A program made the position numbers and the translations under genes. From an uncultured Alphaproteobacteria bacterium (GTDB lineage: Bacteria > Pseudomonadota > Alphaproteobacteria > UBA7879 > VGCX01), in contig CAJXSI010000004.1 of assembly GCA_913061155.1 (NCBI GenBank), forward strand, positions 4 to 64,003: a stretch of 64,000 nt of DNA, given 5' to 3'. Of this stretch, positions 31,279 to 40,785 are shown piece by piece; within the stretch, counting starts at the first letter, position 1; the number at the start of each line of letters is the position of its first letter. The notes below the pieces were generated by a model. It was not told the DNA's origin and searched no databases. It was given only the letters and a program-made list of their open reading frames with translations.

Positions 31279-32279
31279 TTATTTTCACCTTTTTCTTTTA
31301 ATACATATTTCAATAGTTCTTCCAAAACCACCCGAACACCGGTATTTGCCACAGCTGATATTGGATAAATCTTTTGCCCTGTTGCCTTTTCTAATAAAGA
31401 TGTTTTTTCAAGAATTTTATCTTCTGTCAAGGCATCAATTTTGTTTAAAGCAATTATTTCAGGACGATTACTAAGGTCATCACTATATTTTTTCAGTTCG
31501 CCACGAATGGTTTTATACCTTTCAACAACGTCTTCTTCTGTTGCATCAATGATATGTAACAGCACACTACAACGTTCCACATGTCCTAAGAACCGTGTTC
31601 CCAGACCTGTCCCCATGTGCGCCCCTTCGATCAAACCAGGGATATCGGCCACTACGTATTCATGCTCTGCCACATAAATAACCCCCAATTGCGGATGAAG
31701 AGTTGTAAAGGGATAATCCGCCACTTTTGGACGAGCCCTGGATACTGACCGTAGAAAGGTTGATTTCCCAGCATTCGGCATCCCAAGCAGACCAACATCA
31801 GCGATTAACTTCATCTGAAGCCAAATCCACATTTCTTCCCCTAATGTCCCAGAACCTGCAATTCTTGGCGCACGGTTAACAGAAGTTTTAAAATGGGTGT
31901 TCCCTTTTCCGCCACGGCCACCATGACACAGAATAATTTCGTCATCTTTTTTTGTTAAGTCAAACAGAACTGTCTTTTTGTCATCTGCCAATACCTGGGT
32001 ACCTGCGGGAACTTCAAGAATCAGATCTTCACCTTTTCGGCCTGACCGGTCCTTACCCATTCCGTGATGTCCACGTTCTGATTTAAAATGCTGTTGATAT
32101 CGATAATCAATTAAAGTATTCAGATTATCGATAGCCCTGATAATGATATGGCCCCCATTACCACCATCTCCACCATTTGGGCCGCCGCGCGCAATATACT
32201 TTTCACGCCGGAAACTAACACAGCCGTCACCGCCAGCGCCACTTTTTACAAATATTTTTGCTTGGTCTAAAAATTTCAT
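31275..32279 (-). CDS. obgE: GTPase ObgE/CgtA
   Basis: MKFLDQAKI, Gly-rich Obg fold, GMPNAGKST, YPFTT, DIPG and NKID. Confidence 0.98.
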   Translation of the reverse strand: MKFLDQAKIFVKSGAGGDGCVSFRREKYIARGGPNGGDGGNGGHIIIRAIDNLNTLIDYRYQQHFKSERGHHGMGKDRSGRKGEDLILEVPAGTQVLADDKKTVLFDLTKKDDEIILCHGGRGGKGNTHFKTSVNRAPRIAGSGTLGEEMWIWLQMKLIADVGLLGMPNAGKSTFLRSVSRARPKVADYPFTTLHPQLGVIYVAEHEYVVADIPGLIEGAHMGTGLGTRFLGHVERCSVLLHIIDATEEDVVERYKTIRGELKKYSDDLSNRPEIIALNKIDALTEDKILEKTSLLEKATGQKIYPISAVANTGVRVVLEELLKYVLKEKGENK

Positions 32280-32350
32280 TCAATAATTACTTTCAAAATT
32301 AAGGCCCCTTAAATTACAGAAGTGGCCCCAATATATTATTTGACAACCTT

Positions 32351-33037
32351 TTAATTTAAATAGGCTGGATATTCGCGCGGATACGGTGAACGACTTCGTT
32401 CATCATAATCACGGGCATAAGTATCTTTGCCCCGGCTATCGACTTGATTAAAGCGGTCTTTGTGGGCTTCTTGATTATGACTACTGCGATCATCTTTGTC
32501 ATAGTTTCCTTCAGAAATTTTACGACGGACCGCTGACACAGCCTTATTTGAATAACCAGCCGATTGGTCAGCCACAATTCTGGAACGGCCTTTACTTCCA
32601 ACCATGACCAAAACAGGTTGCCCTGGTTGTAGTTGTGGCGTCAATCCTTGAACAATTGTCATAACACGACCACTTGTTAATTCAACAACATACTCTATCC
32701 CCCCTTGTTTGGATAGCGCTTTTTGAGCCATCGCCCCCCCTAAGGCCCCCGCGCCGGCACCAGCGACCATACCAATGGTGGATCCATGCCCCTTACCGAT
32801 TGTGGACCCAAGCACACCCCCTGCAAGGCCACCACCAATTAAACCAAGACTGTTATCTTGTAATTTATCCGTTGACTGAATTTTCACCTTTCGGGCATTA
32901 ATAATTGTGCCTCTGTACGTTTGTTTCACAGCCCCAGCTTCGGCTTCTGAATATGTATCAGAACTTATTTCTTTTGCGCACCCCCCCATTAACAAGGCAA
33001 TGGCCATAAATCCAGCTGTGATATATTTATTTTTCAT
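32351..33037 (-). CDS. Glycine-zipper outer-membrane lipoprotein (SlyB/Pcp-like) with a charged C-terminal extension
   Basis: Lipobox LMGG-C, GGGLAGGVLGSTIGKG zipper and GIEYVVEL. Confidence 0.85.
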   Translation of the reverse strand: MKNKYITAGFMAIALLMGGCAKEISSDTYSEAEAGAVKQTYRGTIINARKVKIQSTDKLQDNSLGLIGGGLAGGVLGSTIGKGHGSTIGMVAGAGAGALGGAMAQKALSKQGGIEYVVELTSGRVMTIVQGLTPQLQPGQPVLVMVGSKGRSRIVADQSAGYSNKAVSAVRRKISEGNYDKDDRSSHNQEAHKDRFNQVDSRGKDTYARDYDERSRSPYPREYPAYLN

Positions 33038-33061
33038 CTTACATTTACTCCTGAAATAATT

Positions 33062-33538
33062 TTAATAAGTATTGGTTGGAACAACACGTGATCGGCCTTT
33101 GTTTCCAACCATAACGATAACACTTTGACCTGACTGTAATTGGGGTTTGATGCCTTGAACAATTGTCAACAACCGCCCGCTATTTAACTCAATGACGTAT
33201 TCCATTCCCTTTTGGGTTGATAACTTATCTTGGACTGCCGCCCCACTTAAAGCACCCGCAACGGCCCCCAGAACCAACCCAATAGTTGACCCTCTGCCTT
33301 TGCCGACTGTGGACCCTAATAAACCACCGGCAACACCCCCACCGATAGTCCCCAAATCATTTTCTGCCAATTTATCTGCTGCTTTGACAGTTACTTGGCG
33401 GGCATTAATAACAATCCCTTTATATGTTTGCTTGACAGATCCTGCCTCTGAATCTGAATAAACATCAGACCCAAGTTCTTTTGTACATTGTGTAAGAAAA
33501 AATGATAGCACTATAAATAAAAATTTTAATCTGCCCAT
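33062..33538 (-). CDS. Glycine-zipper outer-membrane lipoprotein (SlyB/Pcp-like), tandem paralog
   Basis: Lipobox FLTQ-C; co-linear with, and highly similar to, the 32351-33037 protein. Confidence 0.85.
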   Translation of the reverse strand: MGRLKFLFIVLSFFLTQCTKELGSDVYSDSEAGSVKQTYKGIVINARQVTVKAADKLAENDLGTIGGGVAGGLLGSTVGKGRGSTIGLVLGAVAGALSGAAVQDKLSTQKGMEYVIELNSGRLLTIVQGIKPQLQSGQSVIVMVGNKGRSRVVPTNTY

Positions 33539-33759
33539 AAAAAAACTCCATAAAGGCTAAAACAACCTAAAAACCTGGGGTTACACAGCATAGACCTTAG
33601 GGTTTTTAAGTATAAAAATAGTGCCACAATTGGCCCAAACAGTCAATTTCAAATACAAAAAACACAAAAAAGTAGATTATTTTCAAAGAAAGGGCTAGAT
33701 CTTCTTAAATTTAAGTGTCATAAATATATGTATTAAATAATAAGTAATAGGAGGATAAT

Positions 33760-34032
33760 ATGAATAAACAAGAATTAATCGATCACGTAGCAAAGCAAGC
33801 AAGCATGTCAAAAGCTGACAGTGAGAGAGCTGTTAACGCTGTTTTCCAAGGTATTTCAGATACTTTAGGTCGCGGACAAGATGCCCGTTTTGTTGGCTTT
33901 GGGACATTTAACGTTGCAGAACGTAATGCACGCAATGGGCGCAACCCACGCACTGGCGAAACTATTAGCATTCCTGCATCACGCGTTGCGCGTTTTCGTC
34001 CAGGAAAAGAACTAAAAGATTCCCTTAATTAA
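33760..34032 (+). CDS. hup: DNA-binding protein HU
   Basis: MNKQELI, VGFGTF and RNGRNPRTGETI. Confidence 0.96.
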   Translation: MNKQELIDHVAKQASMSKADSERAVNAVFQGISDTLGRGQDARFVGFGTFNVAERNARNGRNPRTGETISIPASRVARFRPGKELKDSLN

Positions 34033-34039
34033 AAACTGT

Positions 34040-34068
34040 GCGGGGGGAAATCCCTCGCTTTTATTTTT
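34040..34068 (+). terminator. Intrinsic terminator after hup
   Basis: GCGGGGGGAAATCCCTCGC hairpin followed by TTTTATTTTT. Confidence 0.6.
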
Positions 34069-34070
34069 GC

Positions 34071-34856
34071 ATGAAAACACTTGTAAAATTTCAAAAATAC
34101 ATTCCATTAATTTTTATCTTATCGGGATTAGGTTTAATCCTTTTTTTTGATCTTCATCGTTATTTAAATTTCGAAACCTTACAAAAACATCAATCTTTTT
34201 TAAAAGAATACATCCAAATATACCCCCTTTATTCGTTCTGTTTCTTTGTGCTTATTTATACCATTGCAACAGCCTTTTCGGTTCCTGGAGCAGCGATTTT
34301 AACAATTACTGGCGGGTTTTTATTTGGTACATTTATCGCATCCTTAGCCATCGTCATAGGGGCAACAACCGGGGCAACGTGTATATTTCTTGCGACGAAG
34401 TGGGCTTTTCTTGATTTTTTCAAGAAAAAAGCCGGCCGTTCCTTAAATAAGTTTTCCAAAGGTTTTTCTGAAGATGCATTTAATTACCTATTAACCTTAA
34501 GGTTAATTCCCATTTTCCCTTTCTGGTTGATAAATATTGCCCCTGCTTTTTTCAAAATTAAATTATCTACTTATATTACAGCAACGGCTTTGGGGATCAC
34601 CCCTGGTGTTATTGTCTATAGTTCTTTAGGAAATGGACTTGGGGCACTATTGGCAGCAGGGGAAACCCCAGATCTTGGCATTATTTTTCAACCAAAAATC
34701 TTTCTTCCTTTATTAGGGTTAACGATTTTATCCACCTTGCCAATTCTATGTGAACCACCACGGGGCAAGCCCCGTGGTATCCTGTCGAGCGTCACTCGAG
34801 TACAAGCTGCGCTTGCCCCCTATCTTCTTCCCCTTGCCTTTCAATATATTTTCTAA
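34071..34856 (+). CDS. TVP38/TMEM64 (YdjX-like) membrane protein whose C-terminus was replaced by an IS200 insertion
   Basis: VPGAAILTITGGFLFG and LRLIPIFPFWLINI. The native frame ends at 34749 and the tail after that is IS-derived. ATG at 34071. Confidence 0.88.
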   Translation: MKTLVKFQKYIPLIFILSGLGLILFFDLHRYLNFETLQKHQSFLKEYIQIYPLYSFCFFVLIYTIATAFSVPGAAILTITGGFLFGTFIASLAIVIGATTGATCIFLATKWAFLDFFKKKAGRSLNKFSKGFSEDAFNYLLTLRLIPIFPFWLINIAPAFFKIKLSTYITATALGITPGVIVYSSLGNGLGALLAAGETPDLGIIFQPKIFLPLLGLTILSTLPILCEPPRGKPRGILSSVTRVQAALAPYLLPLAFQYIF

Positions 34857-35301
34857 TAACTTCTTCATTTAACCCAACCGTTGAAACAAAATACCCATCT
34901 GACCATATCCCATCAATACCCCAATACGCTTTTCGCATATATTCATATTTCTTCTTTAATAATCTGCCCGTTGTTGATTTGATCCGCCGAACGACATCGC
35001 TTATTCTTATCTTTGGCGGTATCGATAATAATATATGGATATGATCCTCATCATGATTTACTTCCAACATCTTTACTTCGGGCATCCCATCATAGATGAC
35101 TCCCTTCATCACTTCACAAAAATACCTAAAGGTTCCCTCGTTGAATATCTTTCGACGATATTTTGTCACTATTACCAAATGATATTCACATTTATAGACG
35201 CAGTGTCCCTGCTTTCTTAATTTCATGCATCCTATTATACAAAGAAGATAGGGGCTTGACTACATCCACGGGGCAAGCCCCGTGGTTTTACGCCGGCTTT
35301 A
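34750..35301 (-). mobile_element. IS200/IS605-family element, tnpA only
   Basis: Identical subterminal hairpins CCACGGGGCAAGCCCCGTGG at 34758-34777 and 35266-35285. The right end is TTCAC, the left end follows TTTAT, there is no target duplication, and removing it restores the host frame. Confidence 0.9.
34792..35226 (-). CDS. tnpA: IS200-type Y1 (HUH) transposase
   Basis: YHLVIVTKYRRKI, HIHILL (HUH), WSDGYFVSTVG and catalytic YIERQ. Confidence 0.96.
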   Translation of the reverse strand: MKLRKQGHCVYKCEYHLVIVTKYRRKIFNEGTFRYFCEVMKGVIYDGMPEVKMLEVNHDEDHIHILLSIPPKIRISDVVRRIKSTTGRLLKKKYEYMRKAYWGIDGIWSDGYFVSTVGLNEEVIRKYIERQGEEDRGQAQLVLE

Positions 35302-35322
35302 ATAAAAAAATGAAAAAGAAAC

Positions 35323-36756
35323 ATGTCAAAAAATAAAACGATCCATACGGATATTTGTATTATCGGTGGCGGATCCGCCGGTTTAAGCGCAGCGGCAGGG
35401 GCCATTCAAATGGGCGCAAAAGTCGTTTTAATTGAACATCACAAGATGGGGGGTGACTGCCTTAATTATGGATGTATTCCCTCTAAATCCCTTATAACTG
35501 TTGCCCAAAAAGCAAACACTGTTAAGAATCTGGAAAAATATGGGTTAAAGGCTGATTTGGCAGCTGTCGATTATAAAAAAGTTCGTGCCTATATACATCG
35601 TGTCATTAAGAAAATTGAACCTCATGATTCCGTGGAACGCTTTGAAAAACTTGGCGTAAAGGTAATTAAATCCCCTGCCCATTTTATTGGACCACGGGAA
35701 ATTAAAGCAGGGGATACAAAAATAAAAGCCAAATTTATTGCCATTGCAACAGGATCCCATCCTGTTACGCCCCCTATTCCAGGCATTGATAAAGTTCCCT
35801 ATTTAACCAATGAAACCATCTTTAATCTTGATGCGCAACCGACACGTCTGATTGTTATTGGCGGGGGGCCGATTGGCTGTGAAATGGCCCAAGCCCATGC
35901 TATGTTAGGGACGCCAGTCACATTGATTTCACACAGCCCTATTTTGTCAAAAGATGATCCTGACTTAACGACCATCGTTCGAAAAAGCCTTAAAAATACC
36001 GAGATAGACTTGGTTGAAAAAGCTGAAATCGAAAAAATAGACAATCATAAAGGGGACATCAAAGTAACCTATAAAATTAAGGGTAAAATCCATGAATTTA
36101 CAGGATCCCATTTATTAATCGCCGCGGGGCGGCAAGCCAATGTCCAGAGCCTGGAATTGGATAAGGCTGGCATAGAATATACAGACCGGGGTATTAAGGT
36201 AAACGATCGGCTTCAAACATCAAATAAACGTGTTTATGCCTTGGGTGATGTTACGGGTGGGTATCAATTTACCCATGTTGCTGGGTATCATGCTGGTATA
36301 TTTATTCGAAATACGCTTTTCCGGCTGCCCGCCAAAGCAGATCACCATGCTGTGCCTTGGTGTACTTATACTTATCCTGAATTGGCCCATGTTGGATTAA
36401 ACGAACATCAAGCCCGTGATAAATATGGCAACAGTGTCAAAGCCTTAAGCTGGCCCTTTACAGAAAATGACCGCGCCCAAGCCATGGGCGATACAACGGG
36501 CCTTATGAAAGTTATCACAAAAAAGAATGGGACTATCTTAGGCTGTTCCATTGCCGCCCCCCACGCAGGGGAAATTCTGCACCCCTGGATTATTGCCATT
36601 CAAAACAAACAAAGACTAGGGCCAATTTTAAAGGCTATTGCCCCCTATCCCACCTTAAGTGAAGCCAGCAAACGTATTGCAGGCAGTTTTTATACGGACA
36701 CACTTTTCTCTGGTCGCACCAAAAAAATTGTGCGTTTTCTTTTGAAATTTGCGTAG
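35323..36756 (+). CDS. FAD-dependent pyridine nucleotide-disulfide oxidoreductase (mercuric reductase/lipoamide dehydrogenase-like)
   Basis: IIGGGSAG, GGDCLNYGCIPSK and IGGGPIGCE. It lacks a C-terminal CC pair, so it is not a true MerA. Confidence 0.9.
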   Translation: MSKNKTIHTDICIIGGGSAGLSAAAGAIQMGAKVVLIEHHKMGGDCLNYGCIPSKSLITVAQKANTVKNLEKYGLKADLAAVDYKKVRAYIHRVIKKIEPHDSVERFEKLGVKVIKSPAHFIGPREIKAGDTKIKAKFIAIATGSHPVTPPIPGIDKVPYLTNETIFNLDAQPTRLIVIGGGPIGCEMAQAHAMLGTPVTLISHSPILSKDDPDLTTIVRKSLKNTEIDLVEKAEIEKIDNHKGDIKVTYKIKGKIHEFTGSHLLIAAGRQANVQSLELDKAGIEYTDRGIKVNDRLQTSNKRVYALGDVTGGYQFTHVAGYHAGIFIRNTLFRLPAKADHHAVPWCTYTYPELAHVGLNEHQARDKYGNSVKALSWPFTENDRAQAMGDTTGLMKVITKKNGTILGCSIAAPHAGEILHPWIIAIQNKQRLGPILKAIAPYPTLSEASKRIAGSFYTDTLFSGRTKKIVRFLLKFA

Positions 36757-36866
36757 GTCTTGAACGTCTTGGAAAGACTGTTCCCCAGTATTCATGGGGG
36801 TCTTGAAAATTTATAAACCATTCCCATATATATAGTAAGAACTTTAAAAACAATATATAGGGATAA

Positions 36867-37493
36867 ATGATTAAAATGATTAAGATTTTATTTAACAGAT
36901 ACACCAATTTTATTATGTTTGGCCTGGTATCAGGTGCCATCCTTGCATCCAGTATGCTTTCTGCGACAACGGCAGATCATAATGTACCTGTTTGCCCCCA
37001 AATAAATAATTCAGAGGATAAAGAACAAAAATTAAGTGATGTTTCTGCAGATGACTTACAAAAAGAAATTGCCAAGTTATCTGCAAAACAGCAGAAAGAG
37101 GTGGATGTTATAGCAAGAACCGTTTATGGCGAAGCCCGCGGGGAAAAAACGGATGATGCCTTAAAAGCCATTGCCCACGTTATTTTAAATCGAACGACTG
37201 ACAAGGAAAAGAAATGGGCCAGCTGTCCGATTAAAGTATCACAACAAAAATATCAGTTTTCTTGTTGGAACAAGAATGATCCGAACTATAAGTTAATTAC
37301 AAAGATCACACTGAAAAACAAAAATTTCAGACGGTCTTGTCGGGCTGCCCTGCAGGCTATAAAAAGTAAAGATATCACAAATGGCGCCAACCATTACCAC
37401 AGTGTCTTTATGAAACGTAAGCCACGATGGGCAAAAAATAAAAAGATGATTGCCTTGGCCCGCATCGGAAACCACAAGTTTTACAGAGCCTAA
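36867..37493 (+). CDS. Cell-wall hydrolase, SleB/CwlJ (Hydrolase_2) family
   Basis: ARTVYGEARGE, VILNR, YQFSCWN, GANHYH and IGNHKFY. Confidence 0.9.
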   Translation: MIKMIKILFNRYTNFIMFGLVSGAILASSMLSATTADHNVPVCPQINNSEDKEQKLSDVSADDLQKEIAKLSAKQQKEVDVIARTVYGEARGEKTDDALKAIAHVILNRTTDKEKKWASCPIKVSQQKYQFSCWNKNDPNYKLITKITLKNKNFRRSCRAALQAIKSKDITNGANHYHSVFMKRKPRWAKNKKMIALARIGNHKFYRA

Positions 37494-37496
37494 ATC

Positions 37497-37522
37497 AAAA
37501 GCCCCAGAAATGGGGCTTTTTT
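37497..37522. terminator. Bidirectional-type intrinsic terminator
   Basis: AAAAGCCCCA-GAAA-TGGGGCTTTTTT. Confidence 0.8.
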
Positions 37523-37666
37523 GTTCAACAATAATCAATATTTTTTAGAGAAAATCTAAGGAGATGACCTATATACGTAAGTTACGTATGCTTTAAAAGA
37601 CCTAATTTTAAAAAAAATAAAAAAGGGGTTGGCGAAAGCCCCTAAAAATAGTATATAAAAGTGTGT

Positions 37667-37742
37667 GCCGGCTTAGCTCAGTTGGTAGAGCAACTGATTT
37701 GTAATCAGTGGGTCGGGAGTTCGAGTCTTCTAGCCGGCACCA
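37667..37742 (+). tRNA. tRNA-Thr(TGT)
   Basis: GCCGGCTTAGCTCAGTTGGTAGAGC-ACTGA-TTTGTAA-TCAGT...GTTCGAGTC...CCGGCACCA. Confidence 0.97.
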
Positions 37743-37925
37743 TACTTTTTCAACGGCCTTAGGCCACCCCCCATCCTGTTTCAAAAAATAATGAAGTTAC
37801 AAAATCTTATGATTTTCTGTTACTAGACGTGTAACCATTACAAACTTGTTGCATGTGTAGATGTCTCCTGAAAGTATTTTATGTGTTGTATCAAAATCGA
37901 TTCTGAATAGCCAATCGAATTTGAT

Positions 37926-38034
37926 TCTTCGCCTCGTGTATAAGTTCACAAATTCACTGGCTGTTTTGATTCGTCGCCCCGCACTTGATGCGGGGCCCAG
38001 GGCGGTAGTCATCGGACACAATTTTCGTCATCAA
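37926..38034. repeat. Left part of mosaic array C: REP at 37971-37999(+) plus spacer modules, inverted relative to 38640-38738
   Basis: The reverse complement matches the modules at 38665-38738 and 43064-43139. Confidence 0.85.
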
Positions 38035-38835
<801 letters not shown>

Positions 38836-38910
38836 GAATAAGGAGTCTATCAAATTTATATATATACAAAGATGGATTGCTTATAGGTACGCATTAAAGC
38901 AGATACGCGT

Positions 38911-38935
38911 AAAAAAAAGAGGGGCAAAGCCCCCC
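38911..38935 (-). terminator. recA intrinsic terminator
   Basis: On the minus strand, GGGGGGCTTTGCCCCTC followed by 8 T. Confidence 0.75.
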
Positions 38936-38963
38936 AGTTTGGTAGTAAATAATAAGGTCTAAA

Positions 38964-39995
38964 TTACGCGTCAGCTTTGGCAACTTCGGCGTCTGCCAAG
39001 TTGTCGATAATACCACTTTGTTCCCGCAATTTACTTTCAATTTCATCGGCAACGTTGGGGTTTGCCTTTAAGAAACGGCGGGCAGATTCTTTCCCTTGGC
39101 CAATTTGATTGCCATTATAGGAATACCAAGATCCGGCCTTTTCAATTAAGTCAGCCTTCACGCCCAAGTCAATTAATTCACCAGTTTTGGAAATTCCTTG
39201 GCCGTACATAATATCAAATTCAACCACTTTGAACGGGGGCGCCACTTTGTTTTTTACAACTTTCACACGGGTTAGGTTTCCGACAACCTCGTCCTTATCT
39301 TTGATTGCGCCAATCCGACGAATATCAATACGAACAGAGGCATAGAATTTTAATGCATTCCCACCTGTTGTTGTTTCAGGGTTTCCAAACATAATCCCAA
39401 TTTTTTGACGAATTTGGTTAATAAAGATGACCATGGTACGGGATTTTGAAATGGATGCTGTTAATTTACGTAAGGCTTGACTCATCAACCTTGCTTGCAG
39501 ACCCATGTGGGAATCGCCCATTTCGCCTTCAATTTCGGCTTTTGGAACTAAGGCGGCGACACTGTCAACAACCAACACATCAAGGGCACCAGAACGTACC
39601 AAAGTATCGGCAATTTCCAAAGCTTGTTCCCCTGTATCTGGCTGGGAAATGATTAAGTCATTTGTGTTAACGCCAAGTTTACGTGCATAAACGGGATCCA
39701 AAGCATGTTCAGCGTCAACAAACCCACAAACACCCCCTTTTTTCTGGGCTTCGGCAATGACATGTAAGGTCAATGTTGTTTTCCCAGAACTTTCCGGTCC
39801 ATAAATTTCGATGATACGCCCGCGCGGTAATCCGCCAATACCAAGGGCCATATCTAACCCAATGGATCCTGTTGATACGGCATCAACTTGAACAGGGTTT
39901 TCATTTTGACCCAATGTCATAATGGCGCCTTTTCCAAAAGATCTTTCGATCTGTTTAAGGGCGGCGTCTAAGGCTTTGTTTTTTTCTGAACTCAT
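38964..39995 (-). CDS. recA: Recombinase RecA
   Basis: [24 protein letters not shown] and [10 protein letters not shown]. Confidence 0.99.
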   Translation of the reverse strand: MSSEKNKALDAALKQIERSFGKGAIMTLGQNENPVQVDAVSTGSIGLDMALGIGGLPRGRIIEIYGPESSGKTTLTLHVIAEAQKKGGVCGFVDAEHALDPVYARKLGVNTNDLIISQPDTGEQALEIADTLVRSGALDVLVVDSVAALVPKAEIEGEMGDSHMGLQARLMSQALRKLTASISKSRTMVIFINQIRQKIGIMFGNPETTTGGNALKFYASVRIDIRRIGAIKDKDEVVGNLTRVKVVKNKVAPPFKVVEFDIMYGQGISKTGELIDLGVKADLIEKAGSWYSYNGNQIGQGKESARRFLKANPNVADEIESKLREQSGIIDNLADAEVAKADA

Positions 39996-40015
39996 GTCTG
40001 GACCTTTTTATCTTC

Positions 40016-40040
40016 TGGATCCCACATCAATTGCGGGACA
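40016..40040 (-). repeat. Degenerate solitary REP 20 bp upstream of recA
   Basis: TGGATCCCACATCAATTGCGGGACA resembles the reverse-strand REP consensus. Confidence 0.55.
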
Positions 40041-40287
40041 GTATTTAATGTCATTTGATAGCCATAACTTACCATGTTTTTTTGGGAAATCAAACCTATA
40101 CAATTATAATTTCCTTTAATATTTTATAGGACTGTTGCGTAGCCGTGCTTTATATAAAAACCTGACATCCCATCAAGAGTGAATTGATTTACTTATTTTC
40201 TTGTCACTCGGCGGGTTTTTGGATTTAATTGATGATCTCCATATTCTGTGATAGCCTTAGTTCATAAATAAAAATTAAGGGGTTGGG

Positions 40288-40620
40288 ATGAGGCACTTTC
40301 ACACAAAATTTTTGTATCTTTTGTTGTTTACATTTTCGGTATCAGATTCGTATGCTGCAGCTGAAGAAGGTGTCTTTCCTGTAACAAAAGTACCCATTGC
40401 CAAATTACCCTCCATTGCAAGAACAGCAATTGAAACAAGTTTTTCAAAAACTGTAAAAATACTTCCCCAAATGGCCGTAGTTTTTGGCCTTTATTCGTAT
40501 CCTTATCCACATAAAGAAAGTGCCCCTGTGTTAAGAAGACGCGCCGCCTCAAAACCCCAAATTTCTGTTAGCCCTGAAACTATGTATGGTTGGTTGGTAA
40601 GACAATTTGGGGTATTTTAA
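40288..40620 (+). CDS. Small exported hypothetical protein
   Basis: Signal-like N-terminus ending SYAAAEE; GGGG RBS-like sequence upstream; no family recognised. Confidence 0.5.
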   Translation: MRHFHTKFLYLLLFTFSVSDSYAAAEEGVFPVTKVPIAKLPSIARTAIETSFSKTVKILPQMAVVFGLYSYPYPHKESAPVLRRRAASKPQISVSPETMYGWLVRQFGVF

Positions 40621-40725
40621 TGCCAAATTTATCGCAATCTTACAGTTTTCATCATAATTCTTTCAATAAATCCTTGTCCTAAAGTGGGATCATGCATTAT
40701 ATAGAATATGTATATTTAATTATAT

Positions 40726-40752
40726 TGTCATCCCACGGCTTGACCGGGGGAT
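40726..40752 (+). repeat. Solitary REP upstream of aspS
   Basis: TGTCATCCCACGGCTTGACCGGGGGAT matches the 16137-16167 stem variant. Confidence 0.75.
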
Positions 40753-40785
40753 ATATTTTTATTTGAAACACAAAAAAGGATTATT

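Noticed and set aside
34792-35226. tnpA as a domesticated REP-associated tyrosine transposase (RAYT)
   Set aside because: It has its own paired IS ends and a clean recent insertion into a gene, and is not flanked by the REPs. It is an ordinary IS200; only the hairpin similarity is kept as a hypothesis.
35323-36756. Mercury resistance (merA)
   Set aside because: No C-terminal Cys-Cys pair and no mer operon; it is the TVP38-associated oxidoreductase type.
37743-37800. Genomic island or prophage integrated at tRNA-Thr
   Set aside because: No integrase, and no duplicated tRNA 3' end (attR) was found in the window.
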